From: Lama guanicoe | Lineage: Eukaryota | Reading direction: 5' to 3' | Length of the DNA: 64,000 bases | NCBI GenBank assembly: GCA_013239625.1 | Contig: MU054323.1 | Coordinates: forward strand, 11,305,815-11,369,814 | Shown: in pieces, positions 39,343 through 52,130 of the stretch | Numbering within the stretch: the first letter of the stretch is position 1 | Layout: each line of letters begins with the position of its first letter | Notes under the pieces: generated by a model | What the model was told of the DNA's origin: nothing | Seen by the model: only the letters and a program-made list of their open reading frames with translations | Database searches by the model: none | Made by a program: the position numbers and the translations under genes

Positions 39343-39456
39343 ATAGTAAGTAAACTCAGTTATATGGTACCCTATATTTAACATTTTGATTTATATTTGC
39401 ATTTGCTCAGTTATATGGTACCCTATATTTAACATTTTGAGGACTATAGTAAGTAA
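39303..39456. repeat. Perfect local triplication (51 / 35 / 51 bp copies)
   Basis: CTCAGTTATATGGTACCCTATATTTAACATTTTGA at 39303, 39355 and 39406; copies 1 and 3 continue with GGACTATAGTAAGTAA. Confidence 0.97.
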
Positions 39457-41179
39457 TTTGAACAGGAAGGTAGTCTCTTGAATAACAGGTAAGAGGTATA
39501 ATAGGATTATACTAACCAGTCTTTCTGAAAGGATTTCATGTAGTAGTGTTCCGCTTAGTGTGGGTGTATGTGGTTTTAACATTTACATCTTATAAGGAAA
39601 CCTTGTGTAATAACAGGAAATGGTTGAAATGTAGTGAGTATGCTTGCCATTTATGCAGAAAAAAAATTGGTGACATTTTCATATTAAAAAAAAATGCTTG
39701 CTGTTAATAATTCATATTGTTTGAAACAACTTCAGAGAAAGAGAACCGAACAGAAATCCTGAGACTTTGGAAAAACTTCCCCATGAGTAACCAATCACTG
39801 TGCAGTGTGCACCAGAAAGAATAGTGTTAAGAAGTTGGCCTCATTTTCTCTCTTTTTTTGTTCTAGCTTGAGTGCTCCTCTTCCTCCAGGCCCAGGCTTG
39901 TTTGCGTCTTAATTCCTTCTGCATGTTTTAGTTAATTGCCTCAGACCTCTATGATCCCTTCTGTAGTGGAAAGAACGCTGAGCTGGTAACTGGAGATGGG
40001 GGACTCTTAGCCTAGTTCCATCATCGCTGGCTGTCCCGCTGTGAGTGCAAGTCAGTTCCCTCAGCTTTTCTGCTCCTCACTTTCTTGGTGATCTTAATTC
40101 TAGCTCTAGATTTCCAAGGTTTTACATTAACTGTAAAACTTCTAAGGTTTTACAGTGATTGTCACACTTACTGATTTTTTCATGAATTTGGCATTTAATA
40201 ATATACTTCCTCACATTGCTTCCCTCCCTCCCTCCTTCCTTTTCACATTTGTTCTCTCTTCACCTAGATGATATGCCCTAGGAGGGCAAAGACTCTGTTA
40301 CTATTCTTTGTAGGACCTTACCTGGTTAGTGTTTGAAAATGCAAATATCATGAGTTTTTAATGACTGTGGAATGACTCTAATTGGTACATATTCTCTGTT
40401 TAAATGAAATGATTGAAAAAATTTGGTAAACTTAGGTATTCTTTTTTCTCTCTTTTTTTAAGAGTATACTTTTGACTAAAGTAGACATGGTAGAGTCAGA
40501 AATGAACATTCTATTTTTGGTAACTTTTTAAATAACTTTTCTGCTTGAACTTTATCCTTATGAGACTTGCATATACGTGTATATATTTGTGGGCTCATAC
40601 TTTGTATATAAGAAGAGTTTCAGTAAACTTGCTTGCTTTGACAGTCTGTGTACCTCCATCACTTAGTTCTTTAATTATACATTTTACTGGCTAGCTGTGT
40701 GTCTCATGAAGGGAAAAGCAAAACATGAGCTTAAACTTCAGGTTAATGGAGATAAGTGCTATAAAGTAAATTGATTGGTGGTTTTGAGTGACCTTTTTTA
40801 GGCCAAGGATCCTTGGGGATGCCAGGGTAGGTTTAGATTACTTAGGGTGCTTTATTATTCCTATCTGAGTTTATATTTTTAGTGGTTTTTAAGTTGTCTG
40901 TAAAAATTTACTTTGCGTTTAAAATATGGCAGACAGTAATTTGGCTAAGCAGTATGGGTTATTTCTACCTCAACATTTAATCATTTTTACTTTGATTATG
41001 GGATCATGGAAGAACTGGCATTACCAGCAAGCTGACTTTTTTGGGCTATGCTTCTTTATACCTTTCTCTTTCCTTCCCTCCCTTTGTTCCTTCCTTCTTT
41101 CCTTTTACTGTTTAAGTATCATATGGAAATGTTCTCTTTTTAAAAAACATTATAGGAAGGTCTGTTCCTCTTGGACCAC

Positions 41180-42180
41180 CATCCTTAGTCACAGCCTCTT
41201 CCATCTTCACTGAGGCCACCATAGTAACATGGGCATGTATTCTTCTAGACAGACTTATGTGTATTTACATTTACTTATATAAGCCATATAACATAGGGTT
41301 TTGTGGTTCCCCTTCCCCACTTCCAAAATGGTATCTACTTTTTCACTTTGCAATTCTCTTGGAGAGCTGTTCACATTAGAAAATATAGCTTGACCTCATT
41401 CTTTCTAGCTGCTGGCATAGTGTTTCATAATAACGTTGAATGTACCACAGTTTATTTAGTTCTTCCTCATCAATGGACATTTATGTTTCTGGTTTTTTTG
41501 GGTTTTTTTTGGTTACAGACAATGCTACAATGAAACATCTTTATACTTGGAATTGAGTGTTTCTCTAGGATAGATACTAGAAGGGATTTATGATGGTAGG
41601 CATTCAAAATTATAATAGCAACTTATCAGTTTGCTTTCTAAAGTTTACATTCCCTCCAGTTATGAAGGCAAACATACTACTAAATGATTTTTAAAATATC
41701 AAAGGCAAGACTTAAACATTTTTCCTAGTCTTTAAGAAGAAATAAAGGGTGTTTTATTATTTTAACTTGCACTTTGCTGAAAATAGTGAGGTTGAACTTT
41801 ATGTTCATTGACTTGACCATTTGTATTTTTTTCCTGTAAACTGCATACATCAAATTGGATTACTTAAGTATCCAGTTAAAATGATAACTTTTGGGGTAAA
41901 TATTGTTGAAATATACATGTAGAAAAGTGCATAAAACACAAGTATACAGCTCAGTGAATTTTCATGAAGTGAATACACCATATGTAACTAGCACCCAAGT
42001 AAGAAACAGGGTGTTTCCAAAACCCTTAAAGCCTCCTGGTTCTCCTTCCAGTCACTGCCCTGGCTCCACACATCCCAGGATAACCATTCTCCTTCTAATG
42101 TTATAAATTAGTTTCTATGTTTTTGAACTTCGGCTAAATAGAATCATACAGTATTATACTTTATGCTTTTCTTAGTATTA
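41180..42180 (-). mobile_element. Cluster of old L1 (L1ME-like) 3' fragments
   Basis: TACCACAGTTTATTTAG...GGACATTTATG, TTAACTTGCACTTTGCTG...GAGGTTGAAC, and TTGAAATATACATGTAGAAAAGTGCATAAA. Confidence 0.75.
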
Positions 42181-44699
42181 ACTTTTGAATACATTTTTAA
42201 GTAAAAGAGTTGCATCAGAGTGTAGAGCTCTGTGAATATTTATACAGATAATTTCTTCTCTCATAAACTTCAAGAGAGAAATAGAGATAAGCAGTGTCAT
42301 TTTATATAACCCCAGATGTCATTGTACAGTTCTAAGAACTCAGAGTGGACTCCCCCGCCAGGGAGTTAACAGACTTGTTTACTGAAATCCAGTTAATAGT
42401 TGAAAGTTGTTCTTGCTTCATTTTGGTTAGATCTGAAGTTTGATCACATTCTGCTCTTTGTGCTTTATCAGAATTTGTAAACAGGTTTTATTTCTTCTAA
42501 GTGCCCCGTAACTAGAATGCTGCTTACCTTGTACCTTCTTTTTGTATTTGGGGAAGTATTGTTCTCTTGTGCTGCTGCAGGAAGAATGAAACTAGTTTTT
42601 GTCCCTTTCCTGCTGTTGTCTGTTGTTTTCCTAAACAGGTACAGGTGCCAGAGCAAACATTATACGTTATCCTTTCAAACTTTATACATTATCCTATTCC
42701 CCTGGTTGCCTTATAAGTGCTTCATTAATAAGGAAAGGTATTTTAAGTTCTGTCTTCTTGACTTATTTTTATTGTTTCTTTGGGTGATTTGCTTATTATA
42801 GGACTATACTTCTTTATCTTCAGAATATATTGAACATAAATTCTTAAATACAAATTTCTAGTAGTTTCCTGACACTATGCTTTAGTAGAGACTTAGATTT
42901 TTTTTAATTAGTAAAATACGTAAAGATGGATAAGGTCACTATAGATGACATTGTCTAAATTTATTTTTAATTAATAGTCTGTTTCCCAGAAGAATTTAAA
43001 GTGATTTACAATAAAACACATATGCAATAATGCCAATAAGAATAAAAATACAGGATTGTAAGAGGAGAACGAGATAATAATAACCATAATCTTTGTTCTT
43101 AAAAGTGAATGTTAAATTTAGCTACGAGCCTGTCCTTTGAGACTCGAAAAGAAAACAAATACAGTTGTCATTGGGGAATAAAGCAGCACACCATTTCATC
43201 AGGCAAGACAGACGTATTTATGTTACTAAATTCTGAAAAATACAGAAATGTTCACCAGAATCAGGTCATGCAAATTAACATACATCCAGGGATTTTAAAA
43301 TGTTTTGGTGGATTTAAAAGAAATTAATTAGCTCATAAATATTTCACTTATGTTTGTGAAAAAACTAAATCCGTGCAGTTGTGTCTGGTTGTGAAGTATT
43401 CATCTAGCTTACAAGAGTAGAGCATAAAGAGCATCTGCCTTAAATTATTTAAATAATGAACAGTTAAATTCTTCCAGGTTGTAGAATAATCTCAATAACC
43501 AGGCTATGATTACTTTAGCTGTCTGTTAAAACATTTTCATTTTCATTGCAAAGTGATCATTTTGCAATAATAACTATTATATATATGCAGTAATTGACAT
43601 TAGTGTTCACACATTTTATCTGTTTGGTTTTGTCATTTGAATCAGGATCAACATGTTGATTATTTATGTTGGAGTAGTCTTAAAAAATTATTGACTTGTC
43701 TTATATTTGTCTCAACTGATTCCCAAGGATTACCTTTTCTGGCAGAGTATTTGATTAGGAATTACAACAAAGAGAGATAATCCTAACCTGGATTAATTAA
43801 CACGTTCTTAAATTTTTTATAGTTAAAATATTTTCATTGTAAAGTGATATGTTTATTTTTATAAAATGAGAGTAATACAGAAGTACATGAATTAACAGGT
43901 GAAAGCTATTTTCCTTCCGTGTTTCTACCAAGGGTGGTAATCACTAAAACCATTTCTGCTATTGTTGCTAATGTACTGTGTAATTAGAAGAATGTATGAT
44001 ACATGGTGTGTGTGCAGACTGGTAAAAATTTCCATTGATAGACTATTCTAAAAGTCATTGTTGGCGAAAACATAAATAGCCACCATACTTAAGTAGAATA
44101 TTACTAGTGCCTTAGAAGCCTCCTGTGTCCCCCACCATGATAACTTATCCTTTTATGTTAGTCATTCTTTTACTTTAAAATTTTACCTATGTATGTATCC
44201 CTATACAATATATTTATGCTTACTTCTCAAGTTTTCAAAAAATAAAAAATAATCTATCAAACACTGCTGCCATTAGATGAAGGCTCATAGAAGTACAGAG
44301 TCTTTGGATGATGGTCAGACCTCAGCTTCTCAGAGGGCTGACCAGATAGATCCTTTCTGGAGGAAGGCAGATTCAGTGAGTCCTGGAAAACTACAGGGGA
44401 GGGCTCACCACAGTCAGACATCTGGCGGGACTCTGCTTCTAAATTCAGCACGTCTTCCCTCCATCTCTCGGGAGTAGGTCAAAGCAGAGTACTTAGGATA
44501 GATGAAATGAATGTCATCTGCTGATCTGTCAATTGGGTGTGGAAGGGAGACAGGAATTCTACCAGCACATGTTCAAGAAGCCAGGTACAGATTAGTATCT
44601 GTGCCAGGTTCACCTGCGCGTTCTGTTCTTGGCTCAAAGAGATGGTTTGTTTGGCAGCAGGGATTTTGTTGATACAGCTTTCAAAGAGTCTTTCTCTTG

Positions 44700-45830
44700 A
44701 GTACCCCCCACCCCCCTCCAATTTGTTTACACTGGATGCCTTCCCTGTTTGGTGCATGACTGTCATCCTGCGAGCTCCCTTCACGATCATCTTGGAAGTT
44801 CCCTTGACGTCTCATGTGTGTTAGAGCTCTTGCTTCCTGAATTTCAAGTCTCCCTCAGTCTTTTTTACTGTTTTAGTGGAGCCCTTTTTCCAGTAGCTTC
44901 TTGAAAAAAGACTGTATGAGGCAACTGAGACCTTGCAGTAGTGTTTTTACTATTCTTACACTTGATTGATAGAGTGACTGGATGGGATAATTTTCTTGAG
45001 AATTTTATAGGCTTTGTTCTGTTTTCATCTTGCTTCTGGTATTGTTGCTAAGTCCAAAGCCAGTGTTAATTTTTGACGCTTTGTATGTCACCTGTTTTTA
45101 TCTCCTCCAGAAGTTTTGTAGAATGTCCATTGTCTCTTCTATTCTGAAAATTACAGTGATGTGCCTTGGTGAGCATTTGTTTTCCTCCATTATCCTAGCT
45201 TTCAGTAGATTCATTAATGTGGATTGTCATGTTCTGTTCTTGGGAATTTTTTGGAATTATTCTGTTGCTGATTTCCTCCCTTCCAATTTCTCACTTTCTG
45301 AAGTGTGTATGATTTGCATGTGGGACCTATGTCTTGGTTGTCTAATACTCTTTCCACTTTCCATCTCTTTATCTTCTGCTTGACTTTTTGGGGGATTTCC
45401 TCAGTTTTATTTTCTAACTCTTCTGTTGAGTTTTTAATTTTTGCTCATGTTTTTACTAAACATTTGCTATGTTTCACACTTCCAATAGCCCTTTTAGTCT
45501 CTGAATGTCTCCTTTCTTCATTTTACTTAAAAAAATTTTTCCCCAATAACATATTATTCTTGTCTTTCTGAAAGTGTTAGTTTTTTTCTACCTGAATAGT
45601 TTTTCTTTCAAGTATACTTTTTTCCTATTTATTTTAGTATCTAGTGTCATGTTAAATTCTTTCCTCAGATGTCTTGTTATCTACTCACAATAAAAAAAAT
45701 AGGGGGCTTATAAAGCCAATTACATATAGGTGAGGCTTATGTGAACTTTGGGCTTCACTGTAGGGTGACTTAGGTGGACTTTTTATTAGGAAACCCCCAG
45801 TGTTTCTCTATTTTCATCTTTCCTCATGGT
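44700..45830 (-). mobile_element. Ancient L1/HAL1-like ORF1-region remnant
   Basis: T-rich antisense ORF1 text (TGAAAATTACAGTGATGTGCCTTGGTG, TTTTCTAACTCTTCTGTTGAGTTTTTAATTT); boundaries approximate. Confidence 0.65.
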
Positions 45831-45871
45831 CTGGTCAGATTCCCCAGGAAAGTGTGCTCCAGTAAATCTGC

Positions 45872-45992
45872 CTAGAGCTGTGCTATTCATGTTCAATACA
45901 ATAGCCACCTGTAGCTAATGGCTACCATGTTGCAAAGCACAGCTATTGAACATTTCCATCACTGTAGAAAGGTTTATTGGAGAGCACTGGAC
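45872..45992. mobile_element. MER3-like hAT-Charlie MITE
   Basis: TGGCTACCATGTTG...GAACATTTCCATCACTGTAGAAAGGTTTATTGGAGAGCACTG. Confidence 0.8.
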
Positions 45993-46402
45993 TAGGACTG
46001 AAAAATCTTGCTGCAGCCATCTGACCGCCCAGTGAGGGAGACCCTGTGGGGTCTCAGCATTCAGGATTCAGTAGGTATATGGTCACTTAATCCCACTGTT
46101 CTTAGAGCAGTGACTGCCCTCAGCTGTGTATCCCCTAGTCCAGAAACTCAGCTTTACCTTCTCCAGAGAAGACAGTGTCTTAAACAATATGCTTAACTAT
46201 GTTACTTTTATTACTCGTTATTTACTTTATGGTTTTTAATTTTTTTACTGGTCCTAGTTTTGAGCTCTCCTCTGCATTTTCTGGGAATGCCCCTGGTAAT
46301 AGGTTCTTTTGGAATGGGGGAATGGGGAGGATAATAGATTCGTTACCTCACCTATCTCAGTATAAACAGTGTAGACACTTTTCATTAAGAGAACAAGTCC
46401 CA

Positions 46403-46528
46403 AGGGGCAGTGAGGGTATATACAGCTCAGTGGTAGAGTAGATGCCTAGCATGCACAAAGTCATACGTCAGGTAAATTAAAAATAACAATAATAAATAAA
46501 TAAACCTAATTAACCTCCCCCCAAAGAA
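46403..46528 (+). mobile_element. Vic-1-like SINE lacking the B box, with a perfect 16-bp TSD
   Basis: CAGCTCAGTGGTAGAG...TAGCATGCAC and tail AATAAATAAATAAACCTAATTAACCTCCCCCC. TSD AAGAGAACAAGTCCCA at 46387-46402 and 46529-46544. Confidence 0.9.
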
Positions 46529-48494
46529 AAGAGAACAAGTCCCATATTTCTTCACCAGTAAATACCACTGATATAACTAATATCTTATTTTTGAGGCTTT
46601 TCTTTGGATTGGATGAGAATGTTTTTCAAGTGCTGATTTTAGGACACATTTGACATTATCAAGGTTTATAGCAAGGTCTTTTTAAAACCTCCAATTTGCA
46701 AATTGGACGCATGCACCATGATGCATATGAGGTAAGTAAAACAGACTAAAGACCCATTGAGGTTAGGTTACTAGATAGTTGGTCAGATTATTACTACCTA
46801 AATGATTTGGTTTTTGACAGTAGCCTTGCAGTATTCAAATTCTAGCATTGAGTTTCAGCAAAATTATAGATTACTTATATGTCATGAACCTTTGGGTTGT
46901 TCATAAATTTGCATCTGTAGGTGTTAAATATGTAAATACCAAGAGCCTTGTGTAATGTGGCAAATATTAGGTGCTCAAAAGGTAGTTCCTCACCTGTGAG
47001 CATCCTGGTTAAGTGACGTCTTGATCATCAGACTTTTGAGTGGTGGAGCTGGATCAGATGCTCCTGGCTCACAGACTTCTCTGATATCTGCTTGGATTTT
47101 TGCCAGCAGTCCCACGCAAAGAGCAGAGAAGCTCTTTCTTCTTAAGACGCTTAGTCAGTATACAGGTTGGTTTTATTGGGTCTAGGCTTACAGGCACCAT
47201 GTCACTTTTAACATTTATCCTAAAACATGAGTCATGTACCCATGGTGACCTGCTGCTGGTGGTACTCTTGCTATCCTGGCCTGGACTGTGTGCACTTTGT
47301 CCCTAGGACCTGTGTCTTTCTGACTTCTTGCAGCTCCCTGATGTATACTCTGTATCTCAATGAGTTATAGTTCCTTGTTAAGCCATGCTGTTTCAAATTT
47401 CTGTGACTCTGCATATTTTGTTCTACTGCCTGGACTAATCTCCCCTCTCCCAATCTCTCATCCTCTAAGAGTCTAGTGCCTTCCTTAATCCCTTTTAGCG
47501 GAACTCATCTTGCCTTACTTTCATCTATCCTGAACACCCCTTCGCACCTCTGTCGTGGCATGTATCACACCAGATTGCAATAATTTCTTAGCATAGTTAG
47601 CTTCCCTGCTAGACTGTAAGAGCGGTAATAGTTAGTTAATTCATGTAACAATTCAAATATTAACGAAATTTTATGCAGTAAAACATCTTTCCTTCCTGAG
47701 CAAGGAACTGTAAGTATCCCTAATAGATTCCATTAATCCTTGTCAGGGGGTGTCCTCCCACACTGTCATACTCCAGGAATAATATATGCAGCTGAGGAGG
47801 AAGTCCAGGTGGGCTCTGTTTTGGTTCCTGCCTTTGCTTGGCATTGAAGTCACTTTGAAGCGCAGGTGGCTAGACAGCCTGGGCAAGCATCAGAATGAGA
47901 TTATGAGCTAAAAGTTAGTGGGGTAAGAGACCTTACTAACTCACCAGAAGGAAAGCGGTCTTCAGGGAAAACGCTCCTGGGATAGTGAAGTAGGCATAGC
48001 TTTTCAAGACGATCTACAGTTTGGTTCTATATCTCTGTATTTGGCAATAAAATGGATATGCCATTTTAAAACTATGGTTATTTCTTTTCCAGATGACTTT
48101 TCTTTTTTTGAGAATGCTATCAGTATTATACAAAGAATGCACAAAAATATTAAATTACAGTGTTTGTAATTATTTTTCAATGATGTGGCCTTTATTTTTT
48201 ATCTTAAAGGATTTAAAAGATTAGATGTTTAATTTACCAGTTATTTAGCCAGACTTTCTGCCAGCAAAAGCTGGCAGCTCCTATCCCTGGCTCTCCCCAA
48301 GTTTTTGTGTGCTATATGTCAAGTACTAGGGACACTAGATTTGCTAAGTTTCTGTGAACTTCTCTAACATTCAGAGTAATTTTTGCATGAGGTGTTAAAA
48401 ATTGGTTTAGATTTGTGACATCTTGATTTTATATATTGCTTATTTTAAAGTGTGTATGTTCAATTACAGAAGCAATATATTCTTTGAAAAAAAC

Positions 48495-48750
48495 GGTGTA
48501 ACATTTTAGACTGAGCACGTGCTCTGACGCCATAATTACTCAGATTTAAATCCCAGCTCTGCCATTTACTAACTGTATAATCTTGAGCATGGTTTTTAAC
48601 CACTTTGTGCCTCAATATCCTTACATATGAAATGTCGGGTAATGAAAATATCTACACCAGGGTAAATTGTGAGTGTTAAACAAGTTCACGTGTTTAAAAT
48701 ATATGAAACAGTGCCTGGCGTATTCTAAAAGTTTGACATATTTTAGATAT
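48495..48750 (+). mobile_element. MIR SINE, near full length
   Basis: TTTAAATCCCAGCTCTGCCATTTACTAACTGTATAATCTTGAGCA...GTGCCTCA...AACAGTGCCTGGC. Confidence 0.85.
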
Positions 48751-48869
48751 TATTATAATTGAAATAATCCAGACATGTAGAATTCCCCACATCGTAAAAG
48801 CTTAATGAATATTCTATCAGATTTTATCTCCTATAGCATAATCTTCTTAATTTACTTCTTAATCTACAT

Positions 48870-49550
48870 ACAGTAAAAGATCAGTAAAAATAAAATGCAC
48901 AGCTGTGTAACCAGCACTGCGATCAGGAAATAAGAACTGTTTCCTCAACCCCTAAAACTTCCTTTGTGCTGCGCCTTCCCAGTCAAACCCTCTCCCTACC
49001 CCTCACCTTTGGCAACAACTGACCTATTTCCCTCCTTCAGATTTTCCTTTTCCGGAATGTCATATGAATGAAATCACACAGTTAAAAAGAAATCACACCT
49101 TTTGAGCCTTGGTTCCTTCATTCAGCATAATGTGTTTGAGATTAACCCCAGATGTTGAATGTATCAGTCATTTGTCTTTTCATTGCTGAGTAGGATTCAG
49201 TTCTCTGGATACAAAAGCGTGTGTTTATCGACTCACCCCCTGACTTGACATTTGGGTTGTTTCCAGTTTTTTGCACTTGTGAATAATGCTGCTCTAAACA
49301 GTTGTGTACAGGTTTATGTGTCAACATAAGTTTTTAATTTGTCCTGGATATGCAGTAGTGGGGATTGCTGGGTTATATGGTAATTGTACATTTAACATTT
49401 TAAGAAACTGTAAAGCTGTTTTCTATCGTGGCCATACCATTTTGTATTCCCACCTGCAGTGTATGTGATGTCTGATTGGTCTGCATCCTTACCAGGACTT
49501 GGCTTTGTCAGTTTTTTTTTAAATTTTAACTATTCTAAATAAATGTGTAG
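48870..49550 (-). mobile_element. Old L1 (L1MB/MC-like) 3' end
   Basis: GGAATGTCATATGAATGAAATCA...GACATTTGGGTTGTTTCCAGTTTTT...CATACCATTTTGTATTCCCACCTGCAGTGTATG. Confidence 0.88.
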
Positions 49551-49949
49551 CTCGTATAATTCTTAACTAAGTTTTCTATCAAATCCTTGAGACTTGGAAG
49601 AAGAGAAAGAATAGGGCTAGGTAACATGCAGAGTTCATAAGGAGGAGATGGAGAGACCATTCGGTTTGTGAGAGCTTGGTATGTCTGTCACAGTCACTGT
49701 TGTATCTCCAAATGACCAGCACTGTACCTGACACACGGTAGGAATCTCTCTGTATGTTTACTGAATCACTGAACAAATAATTGAGAGGTTAGGGAGGAAA
49801 TAAGAGTAGAATGGAAAAGTAATTTTGGATTAGACTTGGTCTGAGAAATCCCAGTGTATTCATGATCTCTTTATATCTAAGTTTATGTTTAAATACATGT
49901 TTAAACGTTGACTCAGTTCTCTGATTCCCAAATCCTTTACAAGAGAGAG

Positions 49950-50110
49950 GTAGCATGGTATATACTGGGAGGAGCAAAAGGCAAAGAAGTCTTGATGCTA
50001 CTAACTGGTTATGTGGATTTAGGAAAGTCAGCTTAACTCGTCTGGTCCTCAGCTTCATCACTGTAAATTCAAAAATCTTATTAGGTTATATCTAAGCTCC
50101 TTTAACTATA
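49950..50110 (+). mobile_element. MIR SINE
   Basis: AAGTCAGCTTAACTCGTCTGGTCCTCAGCTTCATCACTGTAAA. Confidence 0.65.
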
Positions 50111-51591
50111 ATTTTTGTTTCTTTTAACGACGTCAAATGAGGAAGAAGCGTGTCAGAGCCTTTGATGAGGAGGTAGTTGTATACGGATACAGTGTGAAGT
50201 GCAGCCCTTTAGGGAGTTCAGGGGTGAGTATCTAAATGAAGAACTAGCTCATGGCTAATTGGCACAAACAGATTCTTAAAAGGTAGTTCTGGGGATGAGG
50301 GGGTGGTTTCAAACAGAGTAGCAGCATTGCAGGGGTTGGGGGTTATGAAAAGAAGTAAGGGTTGAGGATACTGAATTTAGAAGCTTCTATTATTATTACT
50401 ATTATTAAATGCTTTAAGTTAGACTGCAGAGAAGCTGCCTATAGTATCTTTTAATGCAAAGAGGAGGAGCTGAGCCTCAGAGAAAGCAAAGCCAAGGGTG
50501 TGTAGGAATACGGACGATCCTGGGCCTTGTGTGTGAGCATACTGGCCACTGTTTTCCAGTGGTCTTTTTCTCCACCCTCACTCCCCTCAACCCATTTCTT
50601 AGAAGTTCAGATCTAGAGGTTAGCAGAAAGCCAGTTCTTAGTAGATATTTGTTCTATTTGTACTTTGAAGGATTTTGTATGTAACACTGTCATGACATTT
50701 GAAATTTTACTTCTTTTTCCTGTTGTGATTCTTTTCAAATAATCAGAGGCCTTGAGTTTTAAGATAACTTTTTTTAATAAATAAATTTTAAGGCCATTAT
50801 TATTTTCATGGTTTTAATGTTTTCCAACAATTATTGTCTTCAGGCAAACTATATTTTTGCTCTAATGTAGTTTAGGTTGTAAAATCAGATATTCATTTTA
50901 GATTGTTTCCAATAGTTTATTTTAAAACATCAATATTATGTTCATCTGGTTATAAGGATTCTCAAAAGTAATCCTTTGGCAAATAATTTAGGGAACTGAG
51001 TGAGGAGTCTGGCTCTTTATGAGCTAAAAGTTTAAGTAGAAGTCAGTTTAAGACCAATTGCCCAAAGATACTACTTTTAGATTCTAATGTAAAGAATTAA
51101 AATTTCTAGATTAAAAAAATTTTTTTAGTGCACTCTGTAAAAGTGCCATCACTTTTAGGCATAGTCACCCTTAGGAAGCTGTTCTGCAATTCTTACTCCA
51201 TTAAGTCTACTTTTTATAGTAAGATTTAAAAAAAAAAAACCTCTGTAATATTTAAAAATTTTGTGTTGGATAACATCTTGGAAAAAAATATACAGTTTTA
51301 TGTTAATACTAATAACGAGAAAAAAATCAAAGGCTTCTTAAACTAAACAGCTTTTTTTTTTGAGGTCATTTACTGTGTTGAAAGCATCCATTTCTAATGT
51401 ACTGACAACTTGGTAGACCTGTAGGACATGTAAGAGGGTTACTGCTATGGTATTCAAGCTCATATCCTTTCATCAGAGCCATTTTTGTGGCCCTTTAAGA
51501 AAAGATTATTGTATGTATCATTCTGAAATTGAATTTAGGCAGTTCTATGTATAGTAACAAAATATATCCTTTTTTTGTGTCTTTCAGAATC

Positions 51592-51756
51592 ATGGTGTCA
51601 TGGAGAGGGATTTACTTTATACTTACTCTGTTTTGGGGATGCTTTTTTGGAAGCATTTTCATGCTGGGTCCGTTTTTACCTTTGATGTTTATAAGCCCGT
51701 CTTGGTATCGCTGGATCAACAACCGCATTGTGGCAACCTGGCTCACGCTACCCGTG
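51592..51756 (+). CDS. LCLAT1: LCLAT1 first coding exon (exon 51588-51756; 55 codons, hydrophobic N-terminal segment)
   Basis: Translates to MVSWRGIYFILTLFWGCFFGSIFMLGPFLPLMFISPSWYRWINNRIVATWLTLPV, which I recognise as the LCLAT1 N-terminus. Polypyrimidine tract and TTTCAG acceptor end at 51587. ATG has a strong Kozak context (A at -3, G at +4). GTG|GTAAGT donor at 51757, phase 0. Confidence 0.97.
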
Positions 51757-51984
51757 GTAAGTTACACACCAGAGAAGGAGACCTTACCAGAGTGGCCTCG
51801 CCTATTGATTTTTATTTTGTCAGAGTCAGATTAGTCAAATTAGAAGGGACTGTAGCATACCGGTATATAAATATCTGTGGTATAGTATGGCATATTTAAT
51901 TCAGACATAAGGAGAAGAATTAGGCGGTTTTGTTAAAAGAGAAAAAGTAAAAACCCAAGGATAATTGTGATCAAGGCTGTTGAC

Positions 51985-52130
51985 CACTTATGTGGCAGAT
52001 ACTGTACTAAGTGCTTTAAGAGGGTGGCTTCATTTCATGTGTCACCATTACCCCACTTTACAGAAGATAAAATAGAAGCTTTGAAAAGTTTAATAATTTG
52101 CCCAAGTTCACACATATAAGCAAACTATTT
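51985..52130 (-). mobile_element. MIR SINE
   Basis: ATTACCCCACTTTACAGAAGATAAAATAGAAGCT...TTTGCCCAAGTTCACAC. Confidence 0.7.

Noticed and set aside
39303..39456. CRISPR-like array of 35-bp repeats
   Set aside because: Mammalian intron, L1-derived unit, the 16-nt sequence after copies 1 and 3 is identical, and there are no cas genes.
1..51587. LCLAT1 promoter or first exon
   Set aside because: No CpG island or GC-rich promoter-like block is visible; exon 1 is presumably upstream of the window.
51529..51591. Upstream part of the 101-aa ORF, with an in-frame ATG at 51547
   Set aside because: It lies in the intron's polypyrimidine tract. The acceptor at 51587 and the ATG at 51592 explain the real start.
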